Assembly: GCA_965214405.1 (NCBI GenBank)
Contig: OZ243956.1
Coordinates: 32,001-96,000, forward strand
From: Trueperaceae bacterium
GTDB lineage: Bacteria; Deinococcota; Deinococci; Deinococcales; Trueperaceae
Length of the DNA stretch: 64,000 bases
Direction: 5' to 3'
Shown here: positions 20,463-32,378 of the stretch, one piece after another
Position numbering within the stretch: the stretch's first letter is position 1
Layout: each line of letters starts with the position of its first letter
Notes under the pieces: model-generated
Databases searched by the model: none
What the model was told of the DNA's origin: nothing
What the model saw: only the letters and a program-made list of their open reading frames with translations
Translations under genes and position numbers: made by a program

Positions 20463-20834
20463 TGGTGGAGGCGGCGGGAGTCGAACCCGCGTCCAAAACC
20501 CCCTCAGACCGGCTTCTACGCGTGTAGCCCCTGATTGGGTTGTCGGCTCGGGGCGCGCTTCAAGGGCGGGCGCTTAAACCCCGAGCTTACGCGCCTTTGT
20601 TTTCGCCTCGGTCCGACGCTGGAAACCTTTGGCTAGCCCGTTTTAGGACGTTCCGCTAGCGAGCCACAGGCAGGGCTTCTAAGGAACGGTTAGCCACAAT
20701 TAAGCAGCTAGTGCAAAGCTCTGACGAGCATTGTTGTTGCCAGTTAATGGCTTTGCCGCTTTTTTAAGAGGCCAACGGCACCCTCTACGCGCGACCAAAT
20801 CTTTGCGAGGCCCTGTCGAGACCAGGTCGCCCCC
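20463..20834 (-). ncRNA. ssrA: tmRNA
   Basis: 5' GGGGGCGACCTGGTCTCGAC; 3' GGTTCGACTCCCGCCGCCTCCACCA; acceptor stem with G-U pair; tag ORF GNNNARQSFALAA* at 20700-20741. Confidence 0.97.
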
Positions 20835-20875
20835 AAAAGGTTTGACGCCCTCGCCACTGGCGAAAGGTAACACTG

Positions 20876-20905
20876 AGTATAACGCATCAGGGGGCGCTAG
20901 GTCAA
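20876..20905 (-). promoter_or_regulatory. Promoter of ssrA
   Basis: TTGACC-N18-TATACT on minus strand. Confidence 0.55.
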
Positions 20906-21031
20906 TAAATCTGATACACCCGAACTCATATCTGGGTAGGCACAAGGCTGACAAGGAGGTATAAGACTGGGCGAGCGGCTCGAGCACACGCAACGTAGAA
21001 GCGCGGCAGCTTATTCGTTAAGCTGGATGTC

Positions 21032-21625
21032 ATGAGTCCCGTCGAGGTTCTTTTGCAGTTCGGCACCGTTTTCTTAGGCGCGTTTCTGGCGTTCGTGATA
21101 GAGAACGTGCGGGAGCGCCGCCGTTTGAAGGGCTGGGTGCGAAGGTATCTGGAACGGTTCTACGGCGATTTGCGAGAAGGGATTACCGCACAAGAAGAGG
21201 TGATCGAAGAGCTCCGAAAGTTGGTCGAGGTCTACCAGACATTCATCGAGGCGGACCCTTCCGACGACGTAACCCCTCAGTGGCTGGCGCTGTTGGGGAT
21301 GTCCTACACGGTGGGTGACGACTTTAAGATTTTGCTCGAGGGCGAAGCCCTGCGCGTGCTGCCTACCGAGGTGGTGCGCGCGGTTAACGAACTCCAGAAG
21401 ATGAACGACGCCAACGGTGTGCTTGGCCGCCTTTTGGCCGACCTACACGGGCGTTACGTGGTTCCCGTCGCCCTGGTCAAGGCGTGGCCGCCCAGTGAAC
21501 ATGACCGCGCCGCTCTGGACTACTTTAAGCGCGTGGCGGACGTGAGCCTAGCGTACCAAAAGAGATTTTTAGAGGCCATGAGGGAGGTCCGGGCGGTTTT
21601 AGAGCGCCATCAGCTCGTTTCGTGA
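21032..21625 (+). CDS. Hypothetical protein with N-terminal TM helix
   Basis: 197-aa ORF; TM segment VFLGAFLAFVI followed by helical region. Confidence 0.7.
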   Translation: MSPVEVLLQFGTVFLGAFLAFVIENVRERRRLKGWVRRYLERFYGDLREGITAQEEVIEELRKLVEVYQTFIEADPSDDVTPQWLALLGMSYTVGDDFKILLEGEALRVLPTEVVRAVNELQKMNDANGVLGRLLADLHGRYVVPVALVKAWPPSEHDRAALDYFKRVADVSLAYQKRFLEAMREVRAVLERHQLVS

Positions 21626-21643
21626 GGCTGCTATACTTTCCTT

Positions 21644-23185
21644 ATGGACAGCGCCGTCTCGATGCAGAACATCACCAAACGCTTTCCTTTGGTGCTGGCG
21701 AATGACCGGGTGGACTTCGGCGTGAACTGGGGCGAGGTTCACGCGCTCATCGGCGAGAACGGCGCGGGCAAGAGCACGCTGATGAAGATTCTTTACGGGC
21801 TCCAGCTCCCCGACGCGGGCGAGATCTTTGTGGACGGCAAGCCCGTCGCCGTCCACAGCGCCAAGGACGCGATTCGGTTGGGCATCGGCATGGTCCACCA
21901 GCACTTTATGCTGATCGAGCCCCTGTCGGTCGCCGAAAATATGGTGCTCGGCTCGGAGCCGACGACGGGGCCGTCGCTGAATTACCGCGCGGCGAGAACG
22001 CGGACGCGCGACCTCATCGGGCGCTTCGGTTTTGACATCGACCCCGACAGCAAGATTGAAGACTTGCCTTTGGGGCTCCAGCAGCAGGTCGAAATCCTCA
22101 AGACGCTCTACCGCGACGCGCGCATTCTCGTGATGGACGAGCCCACCGCGGTCTTGACGCCGCAGGAAACGCGCGGGCTTTTTCGTTTCGTCCGCGACTT
22201 TGCCGCCGCGGGCCACGCGGTCGTCTTTATCTCGCACAAGTTAGATGAGGTGATGGAGATTTGCGACCGCATGAGCGTGATGCGCGACGGGCGCATGATC
22301 GGCACCGTCGCGCGGGAGGATACCGACCAGCGGCGGCTGGCGACGATGATGGTGGGGCGCGAGGTGATCTTGCGCGTCGAGAAGGAGCCGCCCGAGCCCA
22401 AGGAGGTGAGGCTCGAGCTTGACGCCCTCACCGTTAAAGACCCCCTCAAGGGCAAGCCGGTCGTGGACGGCGTGTCGTTTGCGCTCCGTGCGGGTGAGAT
22501 TTTGGGCGTCGCCGGAATCGAGGGCAACGGGCAGTCCGAGCTTGTCGAGGGGGTTACCGGGCTCCGCAAGGTGGACGGGGGGCGCGTGCTGATGGGGGGG
22601 CAGGACGTGACCGATAAAAGCGCCAAAGCCCGCCGCGAGGGGGGGCTCTCGCACATTCCCGAGGACAGGTTTGAGCGCGGGCTGGTGGCGACCTACAGCG
22701 CCGCGATGAACAGCATCCTGGGTGACCACACCCACGCGCCCTACAGCGGCCCTTTAGGATTTTTGGACGAGCGTAAGATCGAAGCGCACGCCGAAAAGCT
22801 GGTGCGTGACTACGACGTGCGGCCCGCGTCGATTACCGTGCCCGCGGGGAGCTATTCGGGCGGCAACGCGCAAAAACTCATCGTGGCGCGAGAGCTCGAG
22901 CGCGCCCCCCGCATCCTCATCGCCTCGCAGCCCACGCGCGGCGTGGATATCGGCGCGATTGAGTTTATCCACAAGCAAATCGTGCGGGCGCGTGACGAGG
23001 GATTAGCGGTGCTGCTCATTTCGGCCGACCTTAACGAGGTGATGAGTCTGTCCGACCGCATCTTGGTCCTTTATGAGGGCCGGGTCATGGGTGAGCTCTC
23101 GCAAGAGGAGGCGACGGCGGAGACGTTGGGGTTGCTTATGGCGGGCTCGAGGGTGTCGGGGGACGCGGTGGTGGGAGAGGCGTAG
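21644..23185 (+). CDS. ABC transporter ATP-binding protein with tandem NBDs (nucleoside/CUT2 type)
   Basis: [35 protein letters not shown]. Confidence 0.93.
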   Translation: MDSAVSMQNITKRFPLVLANDRVDFGVNWGEVHALIGENGAGKSTLMKILYGLQLPDAGEIFVDGKPVAVHSAKDAIRLGIGMVHQHFMLIEPLSVAENMVLGSEPTTGPSLNYRAARTRTRDLIGRFGFDIDPDSKIEDLPLGLQQQVEILKTLYRDARILVMDEPTAVLTPQETRGLFRFVRDFAAAGHAVVFISHKLDEVMEICDRMSVMRDGRMIGTVAREDTDQRRLATMMVGREVILRVEKEPPEPKEVRLELDALTVKDPLKGKPVVDGVSFALRAGEILGVAGIEGNGQSELVEGVTGLRKVDGGRVLMGGQDVTDKSAKARREGGLSHIPEDRFERGLVATYSAAMNSILGDHTHAPYSGPLGFLDERKIEAHAEKLVRDYDVRPASITVPAGSYSGGNAQKLIVARELERAPRILIASQPTRGVDIGAIEFIHKQIVRARDEGLAVLLISADLNEVMSLSDRILVLYEGRVMGELSQEEATAETLGLLMAGSRVSGDAVVGEA

Positions 23186-23203
23186 CGCGTCTGAGATCTT
23201 GGG

Positions 23204-23290
23204 CTACGCAACGAGCATGTTGACGGGTAGGGTCCAGCCCGGCACGGCGGGTTCGGCCTCTGCTACGTTACCCCAGCGGTAGACGAGGGT
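23204..23290 (-). pseudogene. Remnant resembling the C-terminus of a Uma2 (DUF820) family endonuclease
   Basis: Translates LVYRWGNVAEAEPAVPGWTLPVNML, like Uma2 C-termini from memory; upstream frame is unrelated. Confidence 0.45.
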
Positions 23291-23384
23291 GTTGCACCCG
23301 ACCGCCTGTAGCCTGCGCCTGTTCTTCTCGGGTGGCGGGTAAGGTTGAGCGATATTATGATTCAGATCATGGAATAATGGTGGG

Positions 23385-25706
23385 ATGAATGACAAATCTG
23401 TTGGACCTACCGGCGACCCTGGACCGGAGGATGGGCGGGTCGAACCCGTAACGGCGGGCGGGCTCGAGACCGAAGCGCCCAAGGACGTTCAGCAGCAGGT
23501 TGAGGAGCACGAAGCGCAGCAGTCGCAGAAATTCGGCACCTTCGGCGGCGTGTTCACGCCGACGCTGCTCACCATCCTCGGCGTGATCATGTACCTGCGC
23601 GAAGGGTGGGTCGTGGGAAACGCCGGTTTGGGTGGGGCGCTGCTCATTATTCTGCTGTCGTTCGCCATCACCGGCGCGACGGGGCTGTCGATGGCGACGT
23701 TCGTGACCAATATCCGCGTCGGCCCGGGCGGCGCCTTTTCAATGATCGCGCAGTCCCTGGGCTTAGAAGCGGGCGGCGCGATTGGCGCGCCCCTGTACAT
23801 CGCGCAGGCCCTCGCCGTGGTGATGTATATCTTCGGCTTCCGCGAGGGCTACTTGTGGGCCGCGGACGCCTGGGGGATTCCGGCCCTGTCGCCCCTGGCT
23901 ATCGACCTGCTCATCTTCGCGGTCATCTTCGGCATTACGATGGTCAGCACGGGCTTGGCTTTTAAGGTCCAGTATGTGATTCTGGCGATCATCATCGGCT
24001 CGCTCGTCTCGGTCGGCATTTCCGCGTTTACAGGCTCACTGGATAATCCCATCGTGTGGTGGGGCGACTTTCGCGGGGGTCCGGAAACCGGCTTCGCAGG
24101 CGTGAGTTTCTGGGCCGTCTTTGCGGTGTTTTTTCCCGCCGCGACCGGTATCATGGCGGGTGCCAACTTATCAGGCGACCTCAAGGACCCGCGTCGCTCG
24201 ATTCCCGTCGGCACCTTGAGCGCCATCGCGCTCAGTCTGGTCGTCTATCTGGCGCTGGCCTACTGGCTCATGCGGGTGGCGACGGTGGACGAGTTGACCG
24301 AAAATTACACCATCATGATTGACCGCGCCTTTTGGGGACCGGCGGTTCTCGGCGGCCTGCTGGCCGCGACGTTTTCGTCGGCGCTGGCCTCGTTTGTTGG
24401 GGCACCCCGGATTCTCGAGGCCTTGGGCAGCCACAGCATCGCGCCCGCGTCGGCCTGGCTCGCCCGGCGCACCCGGAAGGGCGAGCCGCGCAACGCTACG
24501 TTCGTCACCGCGGTCATCGTCTTGGCGGCCATCATGCTCCGCGAACTCAACGCCATCGCGCCGCTCGTGGCGATGATCTTCCTGCTCACCTACGCGACCA
24601 TCAACCTCGTCGTAGCAACCGAGCAAAGTTTGCGGCTGATCAGCTTCCGCCCCCTCTTGCGCGTGCCCAAGGCGGTGCCGATGCTCGGGCTGGCGGGCTG
24701 TTTGTTCGCCATGTTTATTATCAACCCCACCTTTAGTTTGATAGCGGTGGGCGTGGTGGTGGCGCTCTACTACCTCCTGATGAAGCGGCGCTTGACGGCC
24801 CCCAGCGGCGACGTGCGTAGCGGCCTGTTCACCGCCTTAGCCGAATGGGGGGCCAAGCAGGTCAAGCTGTCCCAGGGCACCACCGAACGGGCCTGGAAGC
24901 CCAACCTGCTGCTGCCGGTGGAAGACCCGAACCGCTTGCAGGGGACCTTCGAGTTGGTCGAGCAACTGGCGTATCCGATGGGCTCGATCAAGCTGCTCGG
25001 CATCGCGCCCGCGGCCCGCATTGACGACCTTCAGAAACGCCTGCTGGACGCGCAGCAGGCGTTTACGGACGCGGGGGTCTTTACCTCCTCGAGCGTGATG
25101 GAAACCGACCGCTTCCCCGACGACGTGCGCGTCGGGATGCAGGCGCTGGCGGGTTCGTTTTTTCGCCCGAATTTGCTCTTCCTCGAGCTTCCCAAAGGAA
25201 CAGAAACCCACGAATCGTTGCAGCGCGTGATTCACGAAGCGAAGCGTCAGCGTATGGGCGTCGCGCTGTTTGTGCGGCACGACACGTCCGGCTTGGGACG
25301 GCGCAAGCGCATCAACCTGTGGATTCCCGACCAGGGTCCCGACTGGACGCTGGAAATGGAGTTCACAGACCTTGACTTAGCCATCCTGCTGGCCTACCGG
25401 ATGCTGGATAGTTGGACTGATGCGGAGCTCACCGTCATCGCGGCGGTCGAGAAGGAAGCCGATAAAGAGAAGGCGACGACGTTTCTCGCCCGCTTGGTCG
25501 ACCTCGCCCGCTTGCCAGCCGACACCGCGGCGCACGTGGCCGACGGCGATTTCGGCCGTTACGCCAGCAGCGCCCCGGAAGCCGATTTGAATGTGTTCCC
25601 CCTCCCGGCGGAACTCGACGCGGACTTTTTGTGGAGTCTCCGCGACGCGACGGGCTCGTCGTGTCTTTTTACGCAGGACAGTGGCGATGAGAGCGCGCTG
25701 GCCTAG
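23385..25706 (+). CDS. Amino acid permease / cation-chloride cotransporter (SLC12-like)
   Basis: FGTFGGVFTPTLLTILGVIMYLR, FFPAATGIMAG, SGDLKDP, WKPNLL, FFRPN. Confidence 0.88.
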   Translation: MNDKSVGPTGDPGPEDGRVEPVTAGGLETEAPKDVQQQVEEHEAQQSQKFGTFGGVFTPTLLTILGVIMYLREGWVVGNAGLGGALLIILLSFAITGATGLSMATFVTNIRVGPGGAFSMIAQSLGLEAGGAIGAPLYIAQALAVVMYIFGFREGYLWAADAWGIPALSPLAIDLLIFAVIFGITMVSTGLAFKVQYVILAIIIGSLVSVGISAFTGSLDNPIVWWGDFRGGPETGFAGVSFWAVFAVFFPAATGIMAGANLSGDLKDPRRSIPVGTLSAIALSLVVYLALAYWLMRVATVDELTENYTIMIDRAFWGPAVLGGLLAATFSSALASFVGAPRILEALGSHSIAPASAWLARRTRKGEPRNATFVTAVIVLAAIMLRELNAIAPLVAMIFLLTYATINLVVATEQSLRLISFRPLLRVPKAVPMLGLAGCLFAMFIINPTFSLIAVGVVVALYYLLMKRRLTAPSGDVRSGLFTALAEWGAKQVKLSQGTTERAWKPNLLLPVEDPNRLQGTFELVEQLAYPMGSIKLLGIAPAARIDDLQKRLLDAQQAFTDAGVFTSSSVMETDRFPDDVRVGMQALAGSFFRPNLLFLELPKGTETHESLQRVIHEAKRQRMGVALFVRHDTSGLGRRKRINLWIPDQGPDWTLEMEFTDLDLAILLAYRMLDSWTDAELTVIAAVEKEADKEKATTFLARLVDLARLPADTAAHVADGDFGRYASSAPEADLNVFPLPAELDADFLWSLRDATGSSCLFTQDSGDESALA

Positions 25707-26014
25707 AATCAGCTTGAAGGCCTGAGGGCTCGTCAACGTCATACAAACCTTTCTGGGTGCTTGCGCCGCTCGAGCGTTCGTGGCGGATTTAGGAGCACCG
25801 AGAAAGGCAAAGCTGAACACGGCTCATGAAGGAAAAAGCGGGCGGCATTCTGTCAAGCCGGATGGAGAAGCGTCGGCAGCCGCCACCGAGCAGCACCTCG
25901 TTATGGCGGCTCGAGCCTTTCTGCGGAAGTCACTGGAGCTATTCTCTAGCATTCTCTTATATTTTCTCTAGGTTACCTGTTATTTTTGAAGGATAAAAAG
26001 CATACATCTTAGAT

Positions 26015-26677
26015 TTACCCTGTGCGCATTACACGGCTGCTCAACGTCTTGACACCACTTGTCGTTTCGATATGCGCCACCAGAAAGGGGGCGTCGCCAG
26101 ACCCGAGCGCGCGGACGTCCGCGAGGTGCGCCGCGTCTACGCTCGACAAAACGTTGGTCAACCACTCGGGCTGAGGGTGGTAAAGCTCGAGCCGCTTTAA
26201 GGCGCAGCCAAGGTCGGCCACCGCGTCGGCGGGGTGGGTTTGGGTGAGCCATTGGATAAGGTAAGGGGCCATCCCGCCCGCCAAAAGCCTGCCGTCGTCG
26301 GGCATCCCGAAAAGCCAGCGCAGGTCGCCCCGGCTCACTTCTGTGGGCTCACCAAAAGAGAAGGAGGTCCGGTGGGGCTCGAGTTTAGGCGTGTTAACCA
26401 CCCAAGCGAGGAGTTGCGGCTCCTGAGCGAGGCGCGCGCGGACGAAGGGGTCGTCGAGACCGTACCAGCGGGGTCGCGCGGGCGCGGGCGCGGCGGAGTT
26501 GACGGCAATAAGCTCGAGAAAAACCCCGTGACCCAGCCGCATCAGGTGGTTATGAGTGCCCATAAGCGGATGCTCCCCACCTTTGGGTACGTCGACGCCT
26601 AAGTGTTCTTTGAGGTAGTGGACGCCTTGCTCGAGCGACGACGCGCCCACGACGATATGGTCCAAAGCGGTTCTCAC
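26015..26677 (-). CDS. VOC / glyoxalase-like family protein
   Basis: LDHIVV, GGEHPLMGTHN, FLELIA. Confidence 0.88.
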   Translation of the reverse strand: MRTALDHIVVGASSLEQGVHYLKEHLGVDVPKGGEHPLMGTHNHLMRLGHGVFLELIAVNSAAPAPARPRWYGLDDPFVRARLAQEPQLLAWVVNTPKLEPHRTSFSFGEPTEVSRGDLRWLFGMPDDGRLLAGGMAPYLIQWLTQTHPADAVADLGCALKRLELYHPQPEWLTNVLSSVDAAHLADVRALGSGDAPFLVAHIETTSGVKTLSSRVMRTG

Positions 26678-26768
26678 GCGCGTCCTACCGAAGCGGCTGT
26701 CACCCCAGCGTGGTGGGCTGACCCTATGCGCGCGGTGCGGTTTCTGTCAAGAGAGCGCCAAGACCTCA

Positions 26769-27953
26769 TCAAGTCGCGTCCAGAAACCGCCTCAGCCGCG
26801 CCGCGAGCTGGGGGAACTCGATCAAAAATGCGTCGTGACCGTGCGGCGAGGTGATGCGGGCGTAGGAGGCGTTGGGTAAAGCTTTGGCGAGCGCTTTGGC
26901 CTCGGCTTCGGGATAGAGCACGTCGCTGTCGATGCCCATCACGAGCGCGGGCATGACTATGCGGGCGAGCACGTCGGTTAAGCGACCGCGGCCTTCGGCG
27001 AGGTCGTAGTCGTCCATCGCGCGGGTGAGGTAGAGGTAGGTGTTGGCGTCGAAGCGCTTGACGAGCTTGACTCCTTGGTAGGCGAGGTAGGATTCAATTT
27101 CAAAAGAGTGTTCCAAAAGTTCGCGCGAGGCGCTCACGCGGTCGCGGCCAAACTTGGCCTCCAAAGAGTCCACCGAGCGGTAGGAAAGCATGGCGACCGC
27201 ACGCGCCAGGCCGAGGCCCGTTTCGGGGGGGGTCCGGGGGTCGTAGCGCCCGCCTCGCCAGGCGGGGTCTGCGGTGATGGCGCGGCGCGCCACCTCGTTC
27301 AGGCCGATCGCCCAAGCCGAATGCCGCGCGCCGATGGCGATGGGAACGACTTTACGCACCCGCTCGGGGTGCGTGGCGGCCCACTCGAGCACCTGCATCC
27401 CCCCCATCGAGCCGCCGACGACCGCGTGGAGCGTACACACGCCCAGGCGGTCCAAGAGCCGCCGCTGCACCTCGACCATGTCGCGGACCGTGTAGCGGGG
27501 GAAGGTGAGGCCGTAGGTCTCCCCCGTCGCCGGATTGACGCTGCTCGGCCCGGTGGTGCCGTAGCAGCCGCCCAAGACGTTGCTACAGACGACGAAGAAG
27601 CGCGCGGTGTCGATGGATCGACCGGGTCCGGTGAGCGGGTCCCACCAGCCGGGCACTTCCCCCACGCCCTCCTGTACGCCCCCCTGAACTCCGGCAGCGT
27701 GCGCGGAGCCGGTGAGCGCGTGCTCTAAGAGGACGGCGTTGTCGCCCGCCCGGTTGAGTTCGCCGTAGGTTTCGAACGCCACCGTCACGTGCTCTAAGAC
27801 GCCGCCGAGCTCGAGCCGCAGGGGGTCTTCGGGCGTGGCGACTTGAAGCGAACGCGGCGTGACCGCGCCCACGCGGCCCGCCGGGTCGGGGCCGGTGCGG
27901 GCCAAGAGGGCGGCGTGGTCGCCCCAGGTTTCGTGGACCAGCGTGCGGCTCAC
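26769..27953 (-). CDS. metX: Homoserine O-acetyltransferase
   Basis: HALTGS, PGWWD, GGSMGG, RFDANTY, HGHDAFL. Confidence 0.95.
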   Translation of the reverse strand: MSRTLVHETWGDHAALLARTGPDPAGRVGAVTPRSLQVATPEDPLRLELGGVLEHVTVAFETYGELNRAGDNAVLLEHALTGSAHAAGVQGGVQEGVGEVPGWWDPLTGPGRSIDTARFFVVCSNVLGGCYGTTGPSSVNPATGETYGLTFPRYTVRDMVEVQRRLLDRLGVCTLHAVVGGSMGGMQVLEWAATHPERVRKVVPIAIGARHSAWAIGLNEVARRAITADPAWRGGRYDPRTPPETGLGLARAVAMLSYRSVDSLEAKFGRDRVSASRELLEHSFEIESYLAYQGVKLVKRFDANTYLYLTRAMDDYDLAEGRGRLTDVLARIVMPALVMGIDSDVLYPEAEAKALAKALPNASYARITSPHGHDAFLIEFPQLAARLRRFLDAT

Positions 27954-29214
27954 GCGAGCGCCTGCCGGAAGTCGCGTTTGAGGTCGTCCACATCCTCCAA
28001 ACCCACCGACACCCGTACTAACGCGGGGCAGACACCCGCGCGGCGTTTGGCCTCCTCACTCAGCCCCGCGTGGGTGGTGGTCCAGGGGTTGATGACGGCG
28101 GTTTTGGCGTCGCCGATGTTGGCAAGGTGCGAGGCCAGCGTCACACGGTCGAGAAAGCGGTGCGCGGTGGCGGTGTCACTGGTTTCAAACCCCAAAACCG
28201 CGCCGAAACCGTGCCGGAGCGTGCGTTGCGCGACCTCATGTGACGGGTGCGAGGGCAGACCGGGATAAATAACGCGCGTCACCTCGGGTTGTTCAGTCAG
28301 CCACTGCGCGAGCGCTAAAGCCGTCTCGCACGAGCGGGCGACGCGTAAGGAGAGCGTCTCGAGCCCCTGGAGCCCCGCAAACGCGGCGTGGGGCGACAGG
28401 GTCATGCCCATCGTGAAGAGCCCCAAGTCGTGCGCTCGAGCGGTAAACGCGGTGTCCCCCGCCCTTGACAGATACGTCCGGCCCCGGCTGTCAGGCTTAG
28501 TAAAGGCGGGAAACTTGCCGTTGTCCCACCCGTAGCGGCCCGCCTCGACGACGGCCCCGCCCACAAAGGTGCCGTGACCGCCTATCCACTTCGTCGCGGA
28601 GTGGACGACGATGTCGGCACCCTGCGTCAAGGGCTGGCAGAGGTAGCCGCCGCAGCCCCAGGTGTTGTCCACCACCAGCGGCACCTCACGTTCACCGCAA
28701 ACTTCGGCGATGGCGGTCACGTCGGGCACGGTGCCGCTGGGGTTGGCGATGGTCTCGAGCCAGACCGCCGCCGTTTGAGGACGCAACGCCGCGCGCACGC
28801 CGTCGGCGGTGGGTGAAACGCGGCTGACGGATACGCCCCAGGGCTCGAGCAGTTTCGTCGCCACGCTAAAGGTGCCGCCGAAAAGCTCGTCGGAGAGCAC
28901 CAAGTGCGCGCCCGGCTCGAGCAAACTCAGGAGCACCGCGGTCGTCGCCGCCTGACCCGAGGCGAGGGCCAAACCCGCTGCGCCACGCTCGAGCGCCACC
29001 AGTCGCGCCACAAACGCCGCCACCGTCGGGTTGTGCATCCGCCCGTACTGGTTGCCAGGCGTCTCGCCTGCAAAAAGCGCCGCCGCGCCCGCTGCGCTAT
29101 CAAAGGTGTAGGCGGCGGTCGCGTAGACGGGCACGGCGCGCGCATGGGTCGCCTTGTCTGTTTCCTCCTGGCCCGCGTGAACCTGGAGCGTGTCGAAAGC
29201 GGGCAGGTCGGGCA

Positions 29215-29215
<1 letters not shown>
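27950..29215 (-). CDS. Cys/Met-metabolism PLP enzyme (MetY/MetZ-like sulfhydrylase paralog)
   Basis: YGRMHNPT, ASGQAA, VVDNT, HSATKWIGGHG, ANIGDAK. Confidence 0.88.
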
Positions 29216-30645
<1,430 letters not shown>

Positions 30646-30807
30646 TCAGGAAGACTTACGCGTCACGCCGCGCGGCGCATTCGCTGCGTTGGTTCTATCA
30701 AAAGAGGAGTGGATGAGTTGCGCATGGCGGCCTCTCTTTCTCGAGCCCAAGCTCGACTCTTTACCTTGGTACAAGATCTTAGTACAAGGCTTACGAGGCG
30801 CGTCACG

Positions 30808-30932
30808 CCTCTATCTCTCCGAAACGCTCGCCATCGTGGCTAAGCCGTTCGGCTGGACGAAGCACCCGCTTACATGAAAGCTGGTTGCTGCGGCGTCTTT
30901 GGGCCAGGTCCCTCAGCCGCTCCTGATAGAGC
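30808..30932 (-). promoter_or_regulatory. SAM-I (S-box) riboswitch
   Basis: Minus strand CTCTATCAGGAGCGGCTGAGGGACCTGGCCC...GCAACC...GGTGC...AGATAGAG; P1 CTCTATC/GATAGAG; upstream of met genes. Confidence 0.9.
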
Positions 30933-31226
30933 CACCCGTGGGTGGTAAAACGAGTAAAGCACATGTCGTGAGGAGATGCAAGGGGCGGTTTAGCCCTCGA
31001 GCTTCTATCATCACGCCAAACCCATAAAGTTTTGAGCCCTTTTTGGTTTAAGAGCCTGGCTTAACTACGGCGCATCTGCTTTTTATCCCTCTCCTTGTCT
31101 CCTCACCGTTTCAACCTCTGTTCAACCTCTGACAACAAAATTCTGACAATAATTATGTCAGTTTATCAGAACCGGTGCCAGGCCCGAAACCTGCATAGTC
31201 TCCAATCCAGAGATGAAAAAGTCCGC

Positions 31227-31707
31227 CTACCCCTTTAACTCCCCCAGCCTCGCCAAAAACCCCTCCACCTGCTCATGCAAGAGCGTAGCGGTGCGGGGCA
31301 GTTTACCCGCGACCAAACGCTCCCGCTCCCAATCGAGTTCGAACGTATAGGCGTGGCGGAAGATGTGACGGAAGCCGCGGAAGTCGTTGAGCAAGCTGTA
31401 CAGTTCTTCGTCAATCACGGCGGGGTGGTAGCCGGAGACCGTAAAGCCGCATCCTTTTCAAAAGGTCCGCGCGCCAGCCTTTAGGACTCAGGTCGTTTTC
31501 AAAAAAGCGAGCGATGGAGCGGAAGATGTTTTCGCAGCCGTTGTAAAAGGAGTGGAGGTAGTAGCCGACCGCCGCGCGGTCGTAAAAAGGCACGTCTTCT
31601 GGGGGTTTGGCGAGCAGGCTCTCCAACTCGGTAAAGTCTCGTCTCAAGCGCTCGAGCTTACCCAGCTCGTCCCGTACGTCGGCCTTGAGAAGTTCTGTGT
31701 TAGGCAC
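31227..31707 (-). pseudogene. HEPN (HepT-like) ribonuclease, frameshifted
   Basis: LHSFYNGCENIF..W..DLLKRM in one frame and FRGFRHIFRHAY (RX4H) in another; removing one T near 31444 joins them (RLTVSGYHPAVIDEEL). Confidence 0.8.
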
Positions 31708-32065
31708 GTTCAAACACGGCCTCTCCGCGCCCCAGCACTTTGGCGACAAAGGTGGGGTCATCGTCTTTGGTGTAGAGGTCGCACGGGTAGCCGGTCGCCT
31801 CTTCCAACGCACGCTTAAAAGGCCAATAATGGTCAGCCGAGAGCGGCCACACCAGCAGGTCGATACCCGAACCCGCCGCGCTTCGGCCCGCGGCAACCGA
31901 CCCGAACAGCACGGCCTGTTGGACGCCGAAGAGTTCAAAGATAGGGTTTGCTCGCGCTAACGCAGTTTTGCGCGCGTCGGCCTGTCGCTGCGCCCCAAGC
32001 GCGTCCTCGAGCCACCTTTCTTTTAGCTTTTCAAATCCCACAGCTAAGCCTCGAATCTTCTGCAA
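31700..32065 (-). CDS. Minimal nucleotidyltransferase (MNT) antitoxin-like protein
   Basis: LFGSVA.G....SGIDLLV (GSX10DXD-like, first Asp is Gly); overlaps HEPN start. Confidence 0.78.
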   Translation of the reverse strand: MQKIRGLAVGFEKLKERWLEDALGAQRQADARKTALARANPIFELFGVQQAVLFGSVAAGRSAAGSGIDLLVWPLSADHYWPFKRALEEATGYPCDLYTKDDDPTFVAKVLGRGEAVFERA

Positions 32066-32118
32066 AGTGTACAGCGTCCCGCTTCACAACGCTCCAGCAA
32101 AAAGCGTAAACTTACGCC

Positions 32119-32364
32119 ATGACCGTAGACGACTGGGTACTGGAGGCGGTGCGGGCGCTTTCGAGAGGCCGGGGCGCGACCCTGCGCGAGGTTCAGCGCT
32201 TTATCGACGAGCGCCATTTTGAAGAACTGGCGGTGGACACGCTGCGAAGTTCACTTGACACTTTGGTTGCGAAGGGGCGGCTCGAGGAGTCGGACGACCA
32301 CTGGACTTTAGTCAAAGGGACGAGCCGGGAGGACGCGGCGAAAAAGCTTTTTGGTGACGGGTAG
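32119..32364 (+). CDS. Small hypothetical protein, winged-helix-like
   Basis: 81 aa; ATLREVQRFID...LRSSLDTLVAKGRL pattern. Confidence 0.7.
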   Translation: MTVDDWVLEAVRALSRGRGATLREVQRFIDERHFEELAVDTLRSSLDTLVAKGRLEESDDHWTLVKGTSREDAAKKLFGDG

Positions 32365-32378
32365 CTCCAGGGACGGCC

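Noticed and set aside
20700..20993. 97-aa minus-strand ORF ending in FALAA
   Set aside because: Shadow of tmRNA; only the tag portion is translated
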